From: an uncultured bacterium
GTDB lineage: Bacteria > Caldisericota > Caldisericia > JAAYUI01
DNA: 64,000 nucleotides
Direction: 5' to 3'
Assembly (NCBI GenBank): GCA_965370295.1
Contig: CBDUSO010000006.1
Span: forward strand, 846-64,845
Of this stretch, positions 52,916-63,966 are shown in pieces; position 1 is the stretch's first letter; each line of letters starts with the position of its first letter. The notes below the pieces were generated by a model. That model had not been told where the DNA came from and searched no databases. It was given only the letters and a program-made list of their open reading frames with translations. Both the position numbers and the translations under genes were made by a program.

Positions 52916-53841
52916 ATCTGGTTCGAGTTTAATTCGCTATCGACAGTAGTCAAGCTGAGCTTTGAAAGTATGTCCGTAAATTCTTTTGGTGGGTCAGCTG
53001 ACAGGTCATATTCTTTTCCATTGTAGGTGAAAGATAATTTTCCGCAGTGCAGGTATGGATATTCAACCGGAAATCTTGAATCTGCTCCTCCATAAACTTG
53101 ATCACCAAGAACTGGATGACCGATATAACTGAGGTGAACTCGAATCTGGTGGGTTCTCCCCGTGATAAGTTTAATTTTTATGTATGTGTGTTCTTTAAGC
53201 CTGCAAATTTCTTCGACCTTGGAGATTGATTCTCGACCATCCTCATCAATCGTCATCTTCCACCTGTGGTTTAGATCACGGTCAATTGGTGCATTTATCA
53301 CAATTCTTTCAAGGGAAAGATACCCCTTGCAGATTGCGATATACTCTTTGTTGATGGTTCGATTTTTGAACATTTTTGAAAATTCTTTTAGTGCAAAGTC
53401 AGTTTTTGCAATCACCATTAATCCAGAGGTTCCCTTGTCCAGACGGTGAACGATTCCAGGGCGTTCCTTGCCAATCATTCCAGAAAGTTTTCCCTTGCAG
53501 TGGTGAAGCATTGCATTCACAAGCGTTCCACTTTTTGTAAGTCCTGTTGGGTGGGTCAGCATTCCTTGAGGTTTGAGTGCAATTAAAAAATCATCTTCCT
53601 CATGAACAATCGGAACATTTAAATCTTCAGCTTCAATCTCCAACTTCTCTTGTTTTGGCAAAAGAACATCAATTTGATTTCCATACTGAAGCTTGAAAGA
53701 TGGCTTTAATACTTTGCCGTCGACGGTCACAAGACCGCCCTTTATCATGTTGGCAAGCTGGTTTCTCGAAAGAAACACTATTTTTGAGGAAAGGAAAGAA
53801 TCTAACCTTTCACTATGTTTTAAGTCATATTCAAAGTGCAT
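52912..53841 (-). CDS. rluD: RluA-family 23S rRNA pseudouridine synthase (RluD-like)
   Basis: An S4-like N-terminus (RLDSFLSSK) and the catalytic HRLDKGTSGLMVIAK are present. The start is inferred at Met 53841 (the ORF is open to 53901). Confidence 0.8.
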   Translation of the reverse strand: MHFEYDLKHSERLDSFLSSKIVFLSRNQLANMIKGGLVTVDGKVLKPSFKLQYGNQIDVLLPKQEKLEIEAEDLNVPIVHEEDDFLIALKPQGMLTHPTGLTKSGTLVNAMLHHCKGKLSGMIGKERPGIVHRLDKGTSGLMVIAKTDFALKEFSKMFKNRTINKEYIAICKGYLSLERIVINAPIDRDLNHRWKMTIDEDGRESISKVEEICRLKEHTYIKIKLITGRTHQIRVHLSYIGHPVLGDQVYGGADSRFPVEYPYLHCGKLSFTYNGKEYDLSADPPKEFTDILSKLSLTTVDSELNSNQI

Positions 53842-53849
53842 AGAATTAT

Positions 53850-55616
53850 TTAGTCTGGGTTTGGATATGTGATTGGGATTTCGTATGTTGCTACAATCCA
53901 TCCAACTTTTGCACCCAGTTTTTCTGCAATAAATCGCACGGGAACCATAGTCCTGCCATTTTTTATCAAGGGAGCCTGATCCATTTCAAACGGAATTCCA
54001 TTCCTTTTTCCTGTTTTTTTGTTAATCCAAACCTCGACAAGTACATGACCATCCAAAGCGGAATCGATTTCATACCAAACCTTATCAACTGGTCCGCCTT
54101 CAAATTCTACTGAGTAATCTAGTTTTGCACCAATTCTTTCGCCAATAAATCTGAAAGGCACCATTGTCCTATCATTTTTAGAAATAAATGGTGCGGTATC
54201 TAAGTCCTGCGGCCAGATAAAACCATTTATTTTGACTGTTTTTTTGCCAATCGCAAAGATCATATTCACCTGTTCTTGAATACATTTGACATAAAACGGT
54301 CCGATGGTTTCTTTGTCACCAAGCTCGTTTTCAACCGTGATTGTGTACTCTGTTGTCTGGCCGGGTGTGAGTGGAATTTTGGCGGTATAATTTCCATCTT
54401 CATCCGCAGTCGTCTCAACGGTTCCAGATATTCCAGACGGTCGAAGAGTCCATTCAATCACAACCTTTGAACCAGGTGTTGCGGTTCCCTTAACAACATA
54501 CTCACTACCAACAACCTCAATTGTTTCACCGGGCTTTGGCCAGGTCGGGTCTATTTCAATTTTGGGTTTTCCAGGAACTGCTCGTGCCAAATATGAACAG
54601 GCTACAATATCATCAGACGGTGAGACACTGCAAACCTTGTACGTGTAAGTTTCACCATTTTCAGTGGTATTATCAAACCATTCAGTTTCGCCTTCAATCA
54701 AGGGGAAATCATGGATATTCAACCATTCACCATCACCTTTTTTTCTATAAATTCTGTAGCCATAATGCTGTGATGTATCTTTTGGTTCTTCCCATTTTAT
54801 TAAAACTTTGCCATCACCACTGATTACACGCACATTCAGCGGTGCTTCCTTTGGCTGAAGCCAACCAGCACCCATCACATCATACAACATATGACAGAAT
54901 ATTCGTTTTATTTCTACGTTTCCAAATGCCATTGCAGAAGTTCCAAGTGCAATATATCCAGCCTTTGAACCACAATGAGAATTATATGTCCAGACGGTCT
55001 CTACTCCCTCATTTGTCTGTGCGATGAGTTGCTTTGGTGGATAGAGTATCGGTTTGTGTATGGTGCCAAGATGACACTGAAATGATTGTGCAACATCACG
55101 AACTATCTCATGATCCATGTCAATCACTCTAATGATTGTTCTTCCAATACTTACTTCTTCTTTGTGCTGAGCACCCACAATTTTTTGGATGAGTGGATTG
55201 TTTGCAGACGGCTCAAGAAGATAACCAGAAACAATTAATCCGGAAATTCCCTTACAGCATCTGTCCTCAATCATTTTTTCCAAATCTTCCGGGATGTCGT
55301 GATTTGCAGATTTGTCAGTATCCAACAAACATATCACATGATAACCATTGTAGGTGAGATATTCTTTCAGCTTGGAAAAGGAGGTTGGGAAAACAACACT
55401 GGAAACATAAACACCCCTTGTGGGATCATTTAAAATATTTTGAACAATCGGACCAATCGATCCAGCTGGAGATCCCCAAACAATAATATCTAAGTAGGGT
55501 CTAAATTCGCCAGTTGCTTCGGTTGACATGCTTGGTGTCACGAGCCCCGTTAAAAGAGCGATAATCAACAGACTGGATATTATAAGTTTTTTCATCTCCA
55601 ACTCCTTTGTATCCAA
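53850..55616 (-). CDS. Secreted protein with FN3-like domain and C-terminal CuAO-N-like domain pair
   Basis: 588 aa with a signal peptide. The N-terminal domain is of unknown function. An FN3-like segment is present, then two CuAO-N-like modules (ISKNDRTMVPFRFIGERIGAKLDY; LIKNGRTMVPVRFIAEKLGAKVGW). Confidence 0.5.
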   Translation of the reverse strand: MDTKELEMKKLIISSLLIIALLTGLVTPSMSTEATGEFRPYLDIIVWGSPAGSIGPIVQNILNDPTRGVYVSSVVFPTSFSKLKEYLTYNGYHVICLLDTDKSANHDIPEDLEKMIEDRCCKGISGLIVSGYLLEPSANNPLIQKIVGAQHKEEVSIGRTIIRVIDMDHEIVRDVAQSFQCHLGTIHKPILYPPKQLIAQTNEGVETVWTYNSHCGSKAGYIALGTSAMAFGNVEIKRIFCHMLYDVMGAGWLQPKEAPLNVRVISGDGKVLIKWEEPKDTSQHYGYRIYRKKGDGEWLNIHDFPLIEGETEWFDNTTENGETYTYKVCSVSPSDDIVACSYLARAVPGKPKIEIDPTWPKPGETIEVVGSEYVVKGTATPGSKVVIEWTLRPSGISGTVETTADEDGNYTAKIPLTPGQTTEYTITVENELGDKETIGPFYVKCIQEQVNMIFAIGKKTVKINGFIWPQDLDTAPFISKNDRTMVPFRFIGERIGAKLDYSVEFEGGPVDKVWYEIDSALDGHVLVEVWINKKTGKRNGIPFEMDQAPLIKNGRTMVPVRFIAEKLGAKVGWIVATYEIPITYPNPD

Positions 55617-55667
55617 CGATTCATGATTCTATATTAACTTCTTAAAGAACAAATATCAACGAACGAA

Positions 55668-57824
55668 TCAGTCTTTCTCAATCGGTGCATATCTAAGGTT
55701 CAGAAGTTTTGCACCAACTGACCCAAATTCAACCTGGGCCTGTTCACCATCTACCGAAACGATCTTCCCTTTACCCCAGGCCTTGTGAATGATTTCATCA
55801 CCAGGACTCACCTTAACGATCTCTCGTGATTTCTTTTTTACATAACCGCCAACCGGTGAAATGATACCATTTGTTTTAATACCACCAACAAGCCCTCTGG
55901 TTTCAATACGACTGTTATCCTGAATTTCTTTTATGAATCGTGATGGGGTACAAACTTTGGGTACACCATGGATATGTCGATTTGTGACATAGCTTAAATG
56001 TAGAACTTCTTTCGCTCTGGTTATCCCGACATATGCCAGTCTTCGCTCTTCCTCAATATCTTCCTCTGAGTCCAACGATCTTGAATGTGGCAATGTTCCC
56101 TCTTCAAGTCCACACAGAAAAACAACGGGGAATTCGAGACCCTTCACCTGATGAATCGTTGTCATCAAAACTTTATCAGCATCGGGGTCACTTTGGTCAA
56201 TATCTGCAATCAATGAAACCGATGCAAGAAATGCTTCAAGTCCCTGCTCCTCTGAAAAGTTTATAAACTCGGTTGAAAGATTCAGAAATTCTTCAATATT
56301 TGTAGCTCTTGCCTCGTTATCATCAGTGCCATCAGACCTCAGATTTTCAATAATTCCAAGTTTTTTTATCAACATTTCAACTACTTTTGGAGCAGATTCT
56401 GTGTCTGCTGAGGTTCGTAGTTCATTTATTAATTCAAGGAATTTTCCAGCATTTCCTTTAGCTACTTTGTTCAGTTTTCCTTCTTTGATTAATCTTGCCA
56501 ATGATTCTTCAAAGGTAATCTTGAACTCTGCTGTCATGAGTTCCATTCTGGCCAAAGTCGTAACGCCGATTCCTTTGCTTGGATATGTCAGAGCACGTTT
56601 GAAAGATTGGGAATCGGCAGGATTTACAACGAGTCGAAGATAAGCAAGAACATCTTTTATTTCTTTGCGTTGATAAAACCTGGTTCCACCAATCAGCTGG
56701 TAGGGAATTCCTCTTGATATTAACGCATCCTCAAACGATCTACTCTGTACGTTTGTTCGATAAATTATTGCAAAGTCTGAATAATCCCTGCCATCATCGT
56801 GTTCTTTTTGAATTTCTTTTGCAACATAATAGGCCTCATCTGATGGTTCGATTCCACGATGCAGGTAAACCTTCTCGCCTTCACCAGCATTTGCAATCAA
56901 TTCTTTTGAGACTCTCTTTCTGTTTCTCTTTACCAATTGGTCAGCGACAGAAATTACAGAACCAGTTGAGCGATAGTTAACATCCAACATTATTGTTTCT
57001 ACTCCAGGAAAATCTGAGTCAAAATCAAGCATGATTCCGGGAGTAGCACCGCGGAAAGCATAGATTGACTGGTCATCATCACCAACAATCATAATATTTC
57101 CAGACTTTGCAAGAAGTTGAATCAATCGATGCTGTGACGGATTAATATCCTGGTATTCATCAACGAGCAGATACTCAAACTGTTCCTGATATTTTTTTGC
57201 AATCTCGGTGTATATGCTCAACAATCGGATGGTTTTTCCGATGAGATCGTCAAAATCCATCGAGTTCATTTCTTCGATTCGAGCCTGGTATTTCCTGTAA
57301 ACTGTCGAAATCGTCACAGACCTTTGAGTTCTTGCCATCTGGGCATATTCATCAACACCGACCAAAGCATTCTTTGCACTGGAGATTGAATTTTTTACAA
57401 GTCGAGGATTCAACATTTTTGGATTTATCTGCATTTCCCTCATGATTAATTTCACAATATCCAAAGAATCTTCAGCATCCATGACGGTGAAACCTGGAGT
57501 ATAACCAAGATGATGAGAGTCTCTTCTCAAAATTCTAAAACATATCGAGTGAAATGTGCCAATCCAGAGACCACCTGCTTTTTTTCCAATCAGCTTGGAA
57601 ACTCTTTCCTTCATTTCCTTAGCGGCTTTGTTTGTAAAAGTACAAGCCAAAATTGAAGATGGCTCTACGCCCAATTCAGAAATTAATCTGGATATGCGAT
57701 GGGTAACCACACGTGTTTTCCCGGAACCAGCACACGCAAAAACAGCGATTGGACCTTTATCGTGTAGAACGGCAGACAGCTGTTTGTCGTTAAGTTTGTC
57801 ACCTAGGTTTGTCTTAGATGAGAT
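55668..57824 (-). CDS. pcrA: UvrD/PcrA-family ATP-dependent DNA helicase
   Basis: The ORF finder begins at GTG 57710, after the Walker A motif, but the frame is open upstream and encodes [28 protein letters not shown]. There is no ATG/GTG/TTG between that region and the upstream stop at 57861. The best candidate start is ATC at 57824, preceded by TAAGGA-8 nt. Confidence 0.7.
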   Translation of the reverse strand: MSSKTNLGDKLNDKQLSAVLHDKGPIAVFACAGSGKTRVVTHRISRLISELGVEPSSILACTFTNKAAKEMKERVSKLIGKKAGGLWIGTFHSICFRILRRDSHHLGYTPGFTVMDAEDSLDIVKLIMREMQINPKMLNPRLVKNSISSAKNALVGVDEYAQMARTQRSVTISTVYRKYQARIEEMNSMDFDDLIGKTIRLLSIYTEIAKKYQEQFEYLLVDEYQDINPSQHRLIQLLAKSGNIMIVGDDDQSIYAFRGATPGIMLDFDSDFPGVETIMLDVNYRSTGSVISVADQLVKRNRKRVSKELIANAGEGEKVYLHRGIEPSDEAYYVAKEIQKEHDDGRDYSDFAIIYRTNVQSRSFEDALISRGIPYQLIGGTRFYQRKEIKDVLAYLRLVVNPADSQSFKRALTYPSKGIGVTTLARMELMTAEFKITFEESLARLIKEGKLNKVAKGNAGKFLELINELRTSADTESAPKVVEMLIKKLGIIENLRSDGTDDNEARATNIEEFLNLSTEFINFSEEQGLEAFLASVSLIADIDQSDPDADKVLMTTIHQVKGLEFPVVFLCGLEEGTLPHSRSLDSEEDIEEERRLAYVGITRAKEVLHLSYVTNRHIHGVPKVCTPSRFIKEIQDNSRIETRGLVGGIKTNGIISPVGGYVKKKSREIVKVSPGDEIIHKAWGKGKIVSVDGEQAQVEFGSVGAKLLNLRYAPIEKD

Positions 57825-59322
57825 GTTTTTTGTCCTTAGTGCGAACCCTTAATCTCAGCTTACGGATGGCTTTTGCTTCAATCTGGCGGATTCTTTCTCG
57901 TGTTACCTTAAAAATTTGTCCGACCTCTTCGAGTGTGTGGGGGTACTCGGATGACAATCCAAACCTGAGCATTATTATTTGTTTTTCACGGTCAGTGAGG
58001 ATGTCTAAAATTGTGTTCATCTGCTCTCTGAAATATTTGGTTACAATTTTTTCCTCAGGCGAAATTACGGTTTCGTCCGGGAGGAAGTCACCCAGACGAT
58101 TGTCCTTCTCTTCACCAATCGGAGTTTCGAGAGACAACGGCTCAAGATTTATTTTTTGATAATCTCGAATTTTTCTTGGGGTTGTTCCCATTTTTGCAGA
58201 AAGTTCTTTGAAGGTGGGCTCGCGACCAAGGTCCTGATACAACGCTCTCCTGATTTTTGTGAGTTTGTTGATTGATTCAACCATGTGAACAGGGACGCGG
58301 ATTACACGGGATTGATCAGCAAGAGCTCGTGTGATTGCCTGTCTTATCCACCATGAAGCATACGTTGAAAATCTGAATCCTTTTCTGTAGTCAAACTTTT
58401 CAACTGCACGAATCAATCCAATATTCCCCTCTTGAACCAAATCCAGGAACGAAAGGGAGTTTCCTGTATATTTTTTTGCGATAGAGACAACCAGTCTCAA
58501 GTTTGATTCAATCAGCTTTTGTTTGGCTTCCTGACACCCTTTTTCAACTCGTTTTGAAAGATTTACCTCACCATGTATCGTTAGAAGATTTATTTTTCCA
58601 ATCTCTTTGAGATACATTCTGATTGGGTCAGAAACCTCAGCATGAGCAGATACCCTCATTTTTTTGGTTTTTGGAGATGGTTCTGCTTTTACAACTCCCT
58701 TTTTGTCTACATCACCAAATGAAATTCCGGCTTCTGTGAAGATTGAATATATTTCATCTATCTGGTCTGGGGAGAGATCCATCCTGCCCATCAGATCCAT
58801 TATTTCGCGATAAGAAACTACCCTGTTGTCTCTGTGTTTTTTTATGAGGGTGACAAGTTCGGGTACCTGGAGTAAATCAACCCTTATTGCATTCTGTCTG
58901 GTTGTCTTACCAGTCATATCTTTACCAAGGAAATTTTTTAGAAGCTCTTCTTTGTTTGCCCCGTTGTTGTCAACTATCAACTGGATGAACTTTTTTTCCT
59001 TGAGCTTTTCCTTCTCAAGAGCTTTTCTATCAACTTTGACTTCGACAATTTCTTTAGATTTTTTCTTCTTTGATACTACCTTTTTTTTGGGTTTAACAGT
59101 TTTTTTTGTAGCAGTTGTTTTAGTCGAAACAGACTTCTTCGTCACCTTCTTCTTCAATGAAGAGTTCTTCTTCGGTTGAGGTGTCGAGACTACCTTCGAC
59201 TTTTTTGTCGTCGAAGTGGTTTTCTTTTTCGGAGTTTTTTTCTCTTCGCTCTTTGACTTCGAAGCTGTCAGTTCCTCTGTCTTCTTCGATTTTGCTGTCG
59301 TTTTTTTCTTTTTTTCTGCCAC
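57814..59322 (-). CDS. rpoD: RNA polymerase primary sigma factor (sigma-70) with Lys-rich N-terminal region
   Basis: Regions 1.1 ([19 protein letters not shown]), 1.2 ([11 protein letters not shown]), 2 ([36 protein letters not shown]), 3 and 4 ([27 protein letters not shown]) are present. The maximal ORF starts at GTG 59322 and overlaps dnaG by 203 nt. An alternative start is ATG 58926 (MTGK...). Confidence 0.8.
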   Translation of the reverse strand: MAEKKKKTTAKSKKTEELTASKSKSEEKKTPKKKTTSTTKKSKVVSTPQPKKNSSLKKKVTKKSVSTKTTATKKTVKPKKKVVSKKKKSKEIVEVKVDRKALEKEKLKEKKFIQLIVDNNGANKEELLKNFLGKDMTGKTTRQNAIRVDLLQVPELVTLIKKHRDNRVVSYREIMDLMGRMDLSPDQIDEIYSIFTEAGISFGDVDKKGVVKAEPSPKTKKMRVSAHAEVSDPIRMYLKEIGKINLLTIHGEVNLSKRVEKGCQEAKQKLIESNLRLVVSIAKKYTGNSLSFLDLVQEGNIGLIRAVEKFDYRKGFRFSTYASWWIRQAITRALADQSRVIRVPVHMVESINKLTKIRRALYQDLGREPTFKELSAKMGTTPRKIRDYQKINLEPLSLETPIGEEKDNRLGDFLPDETVISPEEKIVTKYFREQMNTILDILTDREKQIIMLRFGLSSEYPHTLEEVGQIFKVTRERIRQIEAKAIRKLRLRVRTKDKKHLI

Positions 59323-60985
59323 GAACTTCCCTTTGCAACATTAGATACCGCCCCAGCTCTTCTGAGGTTAAGTCTTGATTATCAAGTTTTTTTCGTAGCA
59401 TTTCAAGGCTAGAACGAGTAATGTCGTTGAGAACCTGTTTCAGGAACAAATTTTCCTCTCCGTTTATCGAATCATCAATCATCATACCAGCGATTACAGA
59501 GGAGAGTTTTCCATCAATTTCTCCAGCCTTTATCGCACTTTTAAGTACATCGTTGTCACCCTTGAAAACCTTTATGGTTTCAAAAATATTTCTAAAAATT
59601 GTTGTTTTAAAATACTCCTGCGTAGCTATTTTTAATATCTCATTTGCAATCGTTGAATCCCTGCACATCATTGAAACGATGCGTCTTTCATACGTTGAAC
59701 GAGTTGAATTTGTGTCCAAGTTTATTCTTGGGTTTTTCTTAACATATTTGCTTATTGCGGTACTTGGAATATCAAGAAAATAGGCAATACTTTCCAGATA
59801 ATTCTTCTTTACAATCGAATCGAGTGAGTTGCCGGCAACTTCCCATGACTGTCTGGCAATTCTCGATTTGGCTGCTGGTGTGCTTGGATCTTTTTCTAAA
59901 GATACAAAATATTCAAGAATATAATCCATGGCTTCCGTGGATTTTTTTATCGCCTGTTCAACGAACTCTGCACCCTTCATTGCCAAATCATCCGGGTCTT
60001 TCACATCTCCCGAAGAGATTACATAACATTCTAAACCCTGTTTCAGACAGGATTTGATGGCATTTATTGTTGCAGTTTTTCCGGCATTATCTGAATCAAA
60101 AAACAGATAAACAAAATTTGTGAATCTTCGGAGAATCTTTGCATGGTCATCTGTGAACGCCGTTCCAAGCGTTGAGACTGTTTCAGTAAATCCAACGCGA
60201 TGCATCGATATTACGTCCATGTAACCCTCAGTAACGATCACCCTCGATTTCTGTTGAATTGATCTTTTGGCAAGGTTTATCCCATACAGAGTTTTGGATT
60301 TATCAAAGACCTCTGTTGCCTGAGAGTTCAAATATTTCGGGTTTCCTTCACCAAGAATTCTTCCCCCAAAGGCAATCACCCTTCCCATCCTGTCATGGAT
60401 TGGAAAAATCACTCTACCCCTCATGTAACCATAGAAAGAACCATCTTTCGAGATACCCAAAATTCCTAATTTTTCAGCAAACTTTAAGTCATATCCAAGT
60501 TCTGTGATAAATTTTGGAAGATAACTTCCCTGAGAGGGGGAGTATCCAAGTTTAAAATTTTGGGATACTTCGTCGGTTATCCCACGTTTTCTCAGATAGT
60601 CCTGTCCCGGTTTGAATACTTTAAGTTGTTTTCTGAAATATTCACAAACTTGATTCAACAGCTCATATTCCTTGCCTTTTTCCTTGTTTATTTTGATTTG
60701 ACCGAGCTGAACACCAGCTTCGTCGGCAAGAATTTTGAGAGCTTCCATGTAGGTAAGCCCCTCAAGTTTGCTCAAAAAATGGACAACATTCCCACCGGCT
60801 TTGCAACCAAAACAATAAAAGAATCCTTTGTCAGGAGAGACTGTAAAGCTGGGTGTTTTTTCTGGGTGAAAAGGACAAAGGCCGACATGATTTCTGCCGG
60901 CCTTTTTAAGTTTTACATATCTACCGATAACGGTAGTAATATCCAGTCTACTCTCGATCTCTTCAACAATTCGATCGAGATCCAT
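59120..60985 (-). CDS. dnaG: DNA primase
   Basis: 621 aa. CHC2 zinc finger ([11 protein letters not shown]...CFGCKAGGN), a Toprim domain ([17 protein letters not shown]), and a C-terminal helicase-binding region followed by an acidic tail. Confidence 0.85.
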   Translation of the reverse strand: MDLDRIVEEIESRLDITTVIGRYVKLKKAGRNHVGLCPFHPEKTPSFTVSPDKGFFYCFGCKAGGNVVHFLSKLEGLTYMEALKILADEAGVQLGQIKINKEKGKEYELLNQVCEYFRKQLKVFKPGQDYLRKRGITDEVSQNFKLGYSPSQGSYLPKFITELGYDLKFAEKLGILGISKDGSFYGYMRGRVIFPIHDRMGRVIAFGGRILGEGNPKYLNSQATEVFDKSKTLYGINLAKRSIQQKSRVIVTEGYMDVISMHRVGFTETVSTLGTAFTDDHAKILRRFTNFVYLFFDSDNAGKTATINAIKSCLKQGLECYVISSGDVKDPDDLAMKGAEFVEQAIKKSTEAMDYILEYFVSLEKDPSTPAAKSRIARQSWEVAGNSLDSIVKKNYLESIAYFLDIPSTAISKYVKKNPRINLDTNSTRSTYERRIVSMMCRDSTIANEILKIATQEYFKTTIFRNIFETIKVFKGDNDVLKSAIKAGEIDGKLSSVIAGMMIDDSINGEENLFLKQVLNDITRSSLEMLRKKLDNQDLTSEELGRYLMLQREVRGRKKEKNDSKIEEDRGTDSFEVKERREKNSEKENHFDDKKVEGSLDTSTEEELFIEEEGDEEVCFD

Positions 60986-60993
60986 ATTCTAAA

Positions 60994-63630
60994 TTACCTG
61001 TTTTCTCGGATAACAGCTTGAGCGGCGGCAAGCCTTGCGATTGGGACTCGGTATGGAGAACAGGAAACATAGTTCAAACCAACTCTATGGCAGAATTCAA
61101 CGCTGGATGGTTCACCACCATGTTCACCACAGATTCCACATTTGAGGTTTGGTTTGGTTTTTCTTCCACGGGTTACTGCAATTTCAACCAACTGACCGAT
61201 TCCCTCTTGATCCAAAACCTGGAAGGGATCGTAATGGAAGATTCCCTTTTCGATATATTCTGGAACAAATTTTCCAACATCATCACGACTGAAACCAAAT
61301 CCCATCTGGGTCAGGTCGTTTGTTCCGAAGCTAAAGAATTCTGCTTCTTCTGCAACTTTGTCAGCCATAAGTGCGGCTCTTGGAATCTCGATCATCGTCC
61401 CGACCATGAAATCAATCTTGATTCCCTTCTCTGCGAAAACTTTTTCAGCAACCTCCAGAACAATCTTTTTCTGGTTGGATAATTCTGCTTTTGTTCCAAT
61501 AAGCGGAATCATTATTTCTGGAAATACTTTGATTCCCTTTTGTTTTAATTCGCAACCGGCTTCAAGAATTGCTCTTGCCTGCATTTCAGTAATTTCAGGA
61601 TAGGTGACACCAAGCCTGCATCCTCTATGACCAAGCATCGGGTTAACCTCTGCAAGTGATGTGATTTTATCTTTCAGTTTCTCTTTTGAAACACCCATCA
61701 CCTTGGCGAGCTCTTTGATGTCCTCGTCTTCTTTTGGCAAGAATTCGTGAAGTGGGGGGTCAAGCGTTCTGATGGTTACAGGGTATCCCTGCATGGCTTC
61801 GAATATTCCCAGGAAATCTTCTTTCTGCATGGGGAGCAACTCATCAAGAGCTTTTCTTCTTCCTGCCTCATCGTCTGCCAAAATCATTTTTCTGACTGCA
61901 AAAATTCTATCTGGTGCAAAGAACATGTGCTCAGTTCTGCAGAGACCAATTCCTTTTGCACCAAAGCCAAGAGCAACCTTTGCATCATGCGGAGAATCAG
62001 CATTCGTTCTGACACCCAATCTTCTGATTTCATCCGCCCAGGACATGAAGATTCCAAAGTTTTCTGAGAGCTCAGGATCAGAGGTTTCAAGTTTTGAGAG
62101 GTAAACCTTCCCAGTTGAACCATCAAGTGAAACCCAGTCACCCTCTGAAACTTTTTTTCCATCTACTTCAAAATATTTTTTGTGCTCGTTGACTTTGATT
62201 TCACCACAACCAACAACGCAACATTTACCCATTCCACGACCAACGACCGCGGCATGACTGGTCATTCCACCGGTTGAGGTTAAAACACCATTTGCTTTTG
62301 CCATTCCCATGACATCTTCTGGTGAGGTTTCAACCCTGACGAGGATTACTTTTTTACCATCGTCTGCCCAGGCTTCTGCATCCTCTGCGGTGAAAACTGC
62401 CTGTCCAACAGCAGCACCAGGTGATGCAGGAAGTCCTTTTGCGGATGCCTTGCTGTTTGCTTTTGCATCTTTTGAAAATGTCGGATGAAGAAGCTGGTCA
62501 AGGTCGTTGGGGTTCACTCTCATCAACGCTGTTTTTTTATCAATAATTTTATCGTTGACCATCTCAACAGCAATTCTGATTGCGGCTTCTGCGGTTCTCT
62601 TACCGGTTCTTGTTTGAAGGAGATAGAGTGTTCCATCTTCAATTGTGAACTCAATGTCCTGCATGTCCTTGTAGTGAGTTTCAAGTTTGTCAAACGCATC
62701 CGTCAGCTGTTTGTAAACTTTTGGCATCTCATCTTCAAGTTTTGCTATTTCTGATGGAGTTCTGATTCCAGCAACGACATCTTCACCCTGAGCGTTTACC
62801 AGGTATTCACCAAAGTAAACATTCTCACCGGTTGATGGATTTCTTGTGAATGCCACACCTGTACCCGATGTGTTTCCAGTATTACCAAATACCATTGTTT
62901 GTATGTTTACTGCGGTGCCAATAAGTCCACGAATGTCATTTAGTTTTCGATAATCAATTGCTCTTGTGTTATTCCAGGATGACAAAACTGCTTCAATTGC
63001 AAGGAAGAGTTGTGCATTTGGGTCTTGTGGAAATTCTTTTCCGGTTGCATCCATCACAACTTTTTTGTATCCGTTTATAACTTTTTTAAGCTGATCAGCA
63101 GATAAATCTTGATCACTTGTTACACCTGAAGATTTTTTTTCAGAAGAGAGAACGTGTTCAAATTTTTCGGAATTTATTTCAAGCACAACGTTGCCAAACA
63201 TCTGAATCAGTCTACGATAGCAGTCATATGCAAATCTTTCATCACCAGTTTTTTTGGCAAAACCATCAGCTGTTACATCGTTCAAGCCAAGATTCAAAAT
63301 TGTATCCATCATTCCAGGCATGGAAACCGCAGCACCAGAACGAACCGACACGAGTAATGGATTGTCGTTTGAGCCAAACTTTTTGCCAGTTTGTTTCTCA
63401 ACCCCTACAATATGCTTTAGTACATCATCCTTGAAGCTGGCAGGAAGTTCTTTGTTCCACTCGTTGTAGTAGGGCTTGCAGACAAGGGTTGCGATCGTGA
63501 AACCTGGAGGAACAGGAAGTCCAATCCTCATCATGTTTGACAGCCCAAGACCTTTTCCACCAAGGATTGCCTTAGCTGATTCCGCTGGTACATCCTTTGC
63601 TGATTCAAAATCATAAATTAACTTTTCCAT
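60994..63630 (-). CDS. ppdK: Pyruvate, phosphate dikinase
   Basis: 878 aa with an ATP-grasp N-terminus, the phospho-His motif GGMTSHAAVVGRGMGKCCVVGC, and a C-terminal PEP-utilising TIM barrel (GICGEHGGEP). Confidence 0.9.
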   Translation of the reverse strand: MEKLIYDFESAKDVPAESAKAILGGKGLGLSNMMRIGLPVPPGFTIATLVCKPYYNEWNKELPASFKDDVLKHIVGVEKQTGKKFGSNDNPLLVSVRSGAAVSMPGMMDTILNLGLNDVTADGFAKKTGDERFAYDCYRRLIQMFGNVVLEINSEKFEHVLSSEKKSSGVTSDQDLSADQLKKVINGYKKVVMDATGKEFPQDPNAQLFLAIEAVLSSWNNTRAIDYRKLNDIRGLIGTAVNIQTMVFGNTGNTSGTGVAFTRNPSTGENVYFGEYLVNAQGEDVVAGIRTPSEIAKLEDEMPKVYKQLTDAFDKLETHYKDMQDIEFTIEDGTLYLLQTRTGKRTAEAAIRIAVEMVNDKIIDKKTALMRVNPNDLDQLLHPTFSKDAKANSKASAKGLPASPGAAVGQAVFTAEDAEAWADDGKKVILVRVETSPEDVMGMAKANGVLTSTGGMTSHAAVVGRGMGKCCVVGCGEIKVNEHKKYFEVDGKKVSEGDWVSLDGSTGKVYLSKLETSDPELSENFGIFMSWADEIRRLGVRTNADSPHDAKVALGFGAKGIGLCRTEHMFFAPDRIFAVRKMILADDEAGRRKALDELLPMQKEDFLGIFEAMQGYPVTIRTLDPPLHEFLPKEDEDIKELAKVMGVSKEKLKDKITSLAEVNPMLGHRGCRLGVTYPEITEMQARAILEAGCELKQKGIKVFPEIMIPLIGTKAELSNQKKIVLEVAEKVFAEKGIKIDFMVGTMIEIPRAALMADKVAEEAEFFSFGTNDLTQMGFGFSRDDVGKFVPEYIEKGIFHYDPFQVLDQEGIGQLVEIAVTRGRKTKPNLKCGICGEHGGEPSSVEFCHRVGLNYVSCSPYRVPIARLAAAQAVIRENR

Positions 63631-63716
63631 GCCACTCTCCGTTTTTTGTTGATAATGGTATTAATACCCTACAATCACACGAACTTCAACAAAACTGGTT
63701 TTGTATGGTGTTTTCC

Positions 63717-63746
63717 TTGACAAAATGAAGCAACTGCTGTTAGAAT
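63717..63746 (+). promoter_or_regulatory. Candidate sigma-70 promoter for rpmH-rnpA
   Basis: TTGACA-18 nt-TAGAAT, about 30 nt upstream of rpmH. An SD GGAGG lies 8 nt before the ATG. Confidence 0.4.
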
Positions 63747-63777
63747 GCAGTCAATTGTTTTTTTGGAGGCTAGACCT

Positions 63778-63924
63778 ATGCGAACCATGTTGAACCCACA
63801 CAACAGAAAAAAGTACAGGACTTCTGGTTTCAGAGCCAGAATGAAGTGCAGGAGCGGAAGAGACATTCTCTCTCGCAGAAGAGGAAAAGGCAGAAAACGC
63901 TTATCAATCAGTGAATACAAGTAA
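63778..63924 (+). CDS. rpmH: 50S ribosomal protein L34
   Basis: 48 aa MRTMLNPHNRKKYRTSGFRARMKCRSGRDILSRRRGKGRKRLSISEYK, matching the L34 signature (GFRARM, RR.KGR.RL). The six-frame track only offered a spurious antisense ORF here. Confidence 0.85.
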   Translation: MRTMLNPHNRKKYRTSGFRARMKCRSGRDILSRRRGKGRKRLSISEYK

Positions 63925-63966
63925 AATGGATTCAGGCAATCAATCCAGTACAGGATGAGAGAATGA

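Noticed and set aside
58926-59322. Separate histone-H1-like Lys-rich gene between dnaG and rpoD
   Set aside because: There is no independent start or stop structure. The Lys-rich frame is continuous with rpoD, and openness of both frames is explained by the T-poor composition. It is kept as an uncertainty in the rpoD start, not as a gene.
63675-63920. 81-aa minus-strand ORF
   Set aside because: It is antisense to a textbook L34 (rpmH) coding sequence with an SD and promoter on the plus strand, and has no motifs of its own.
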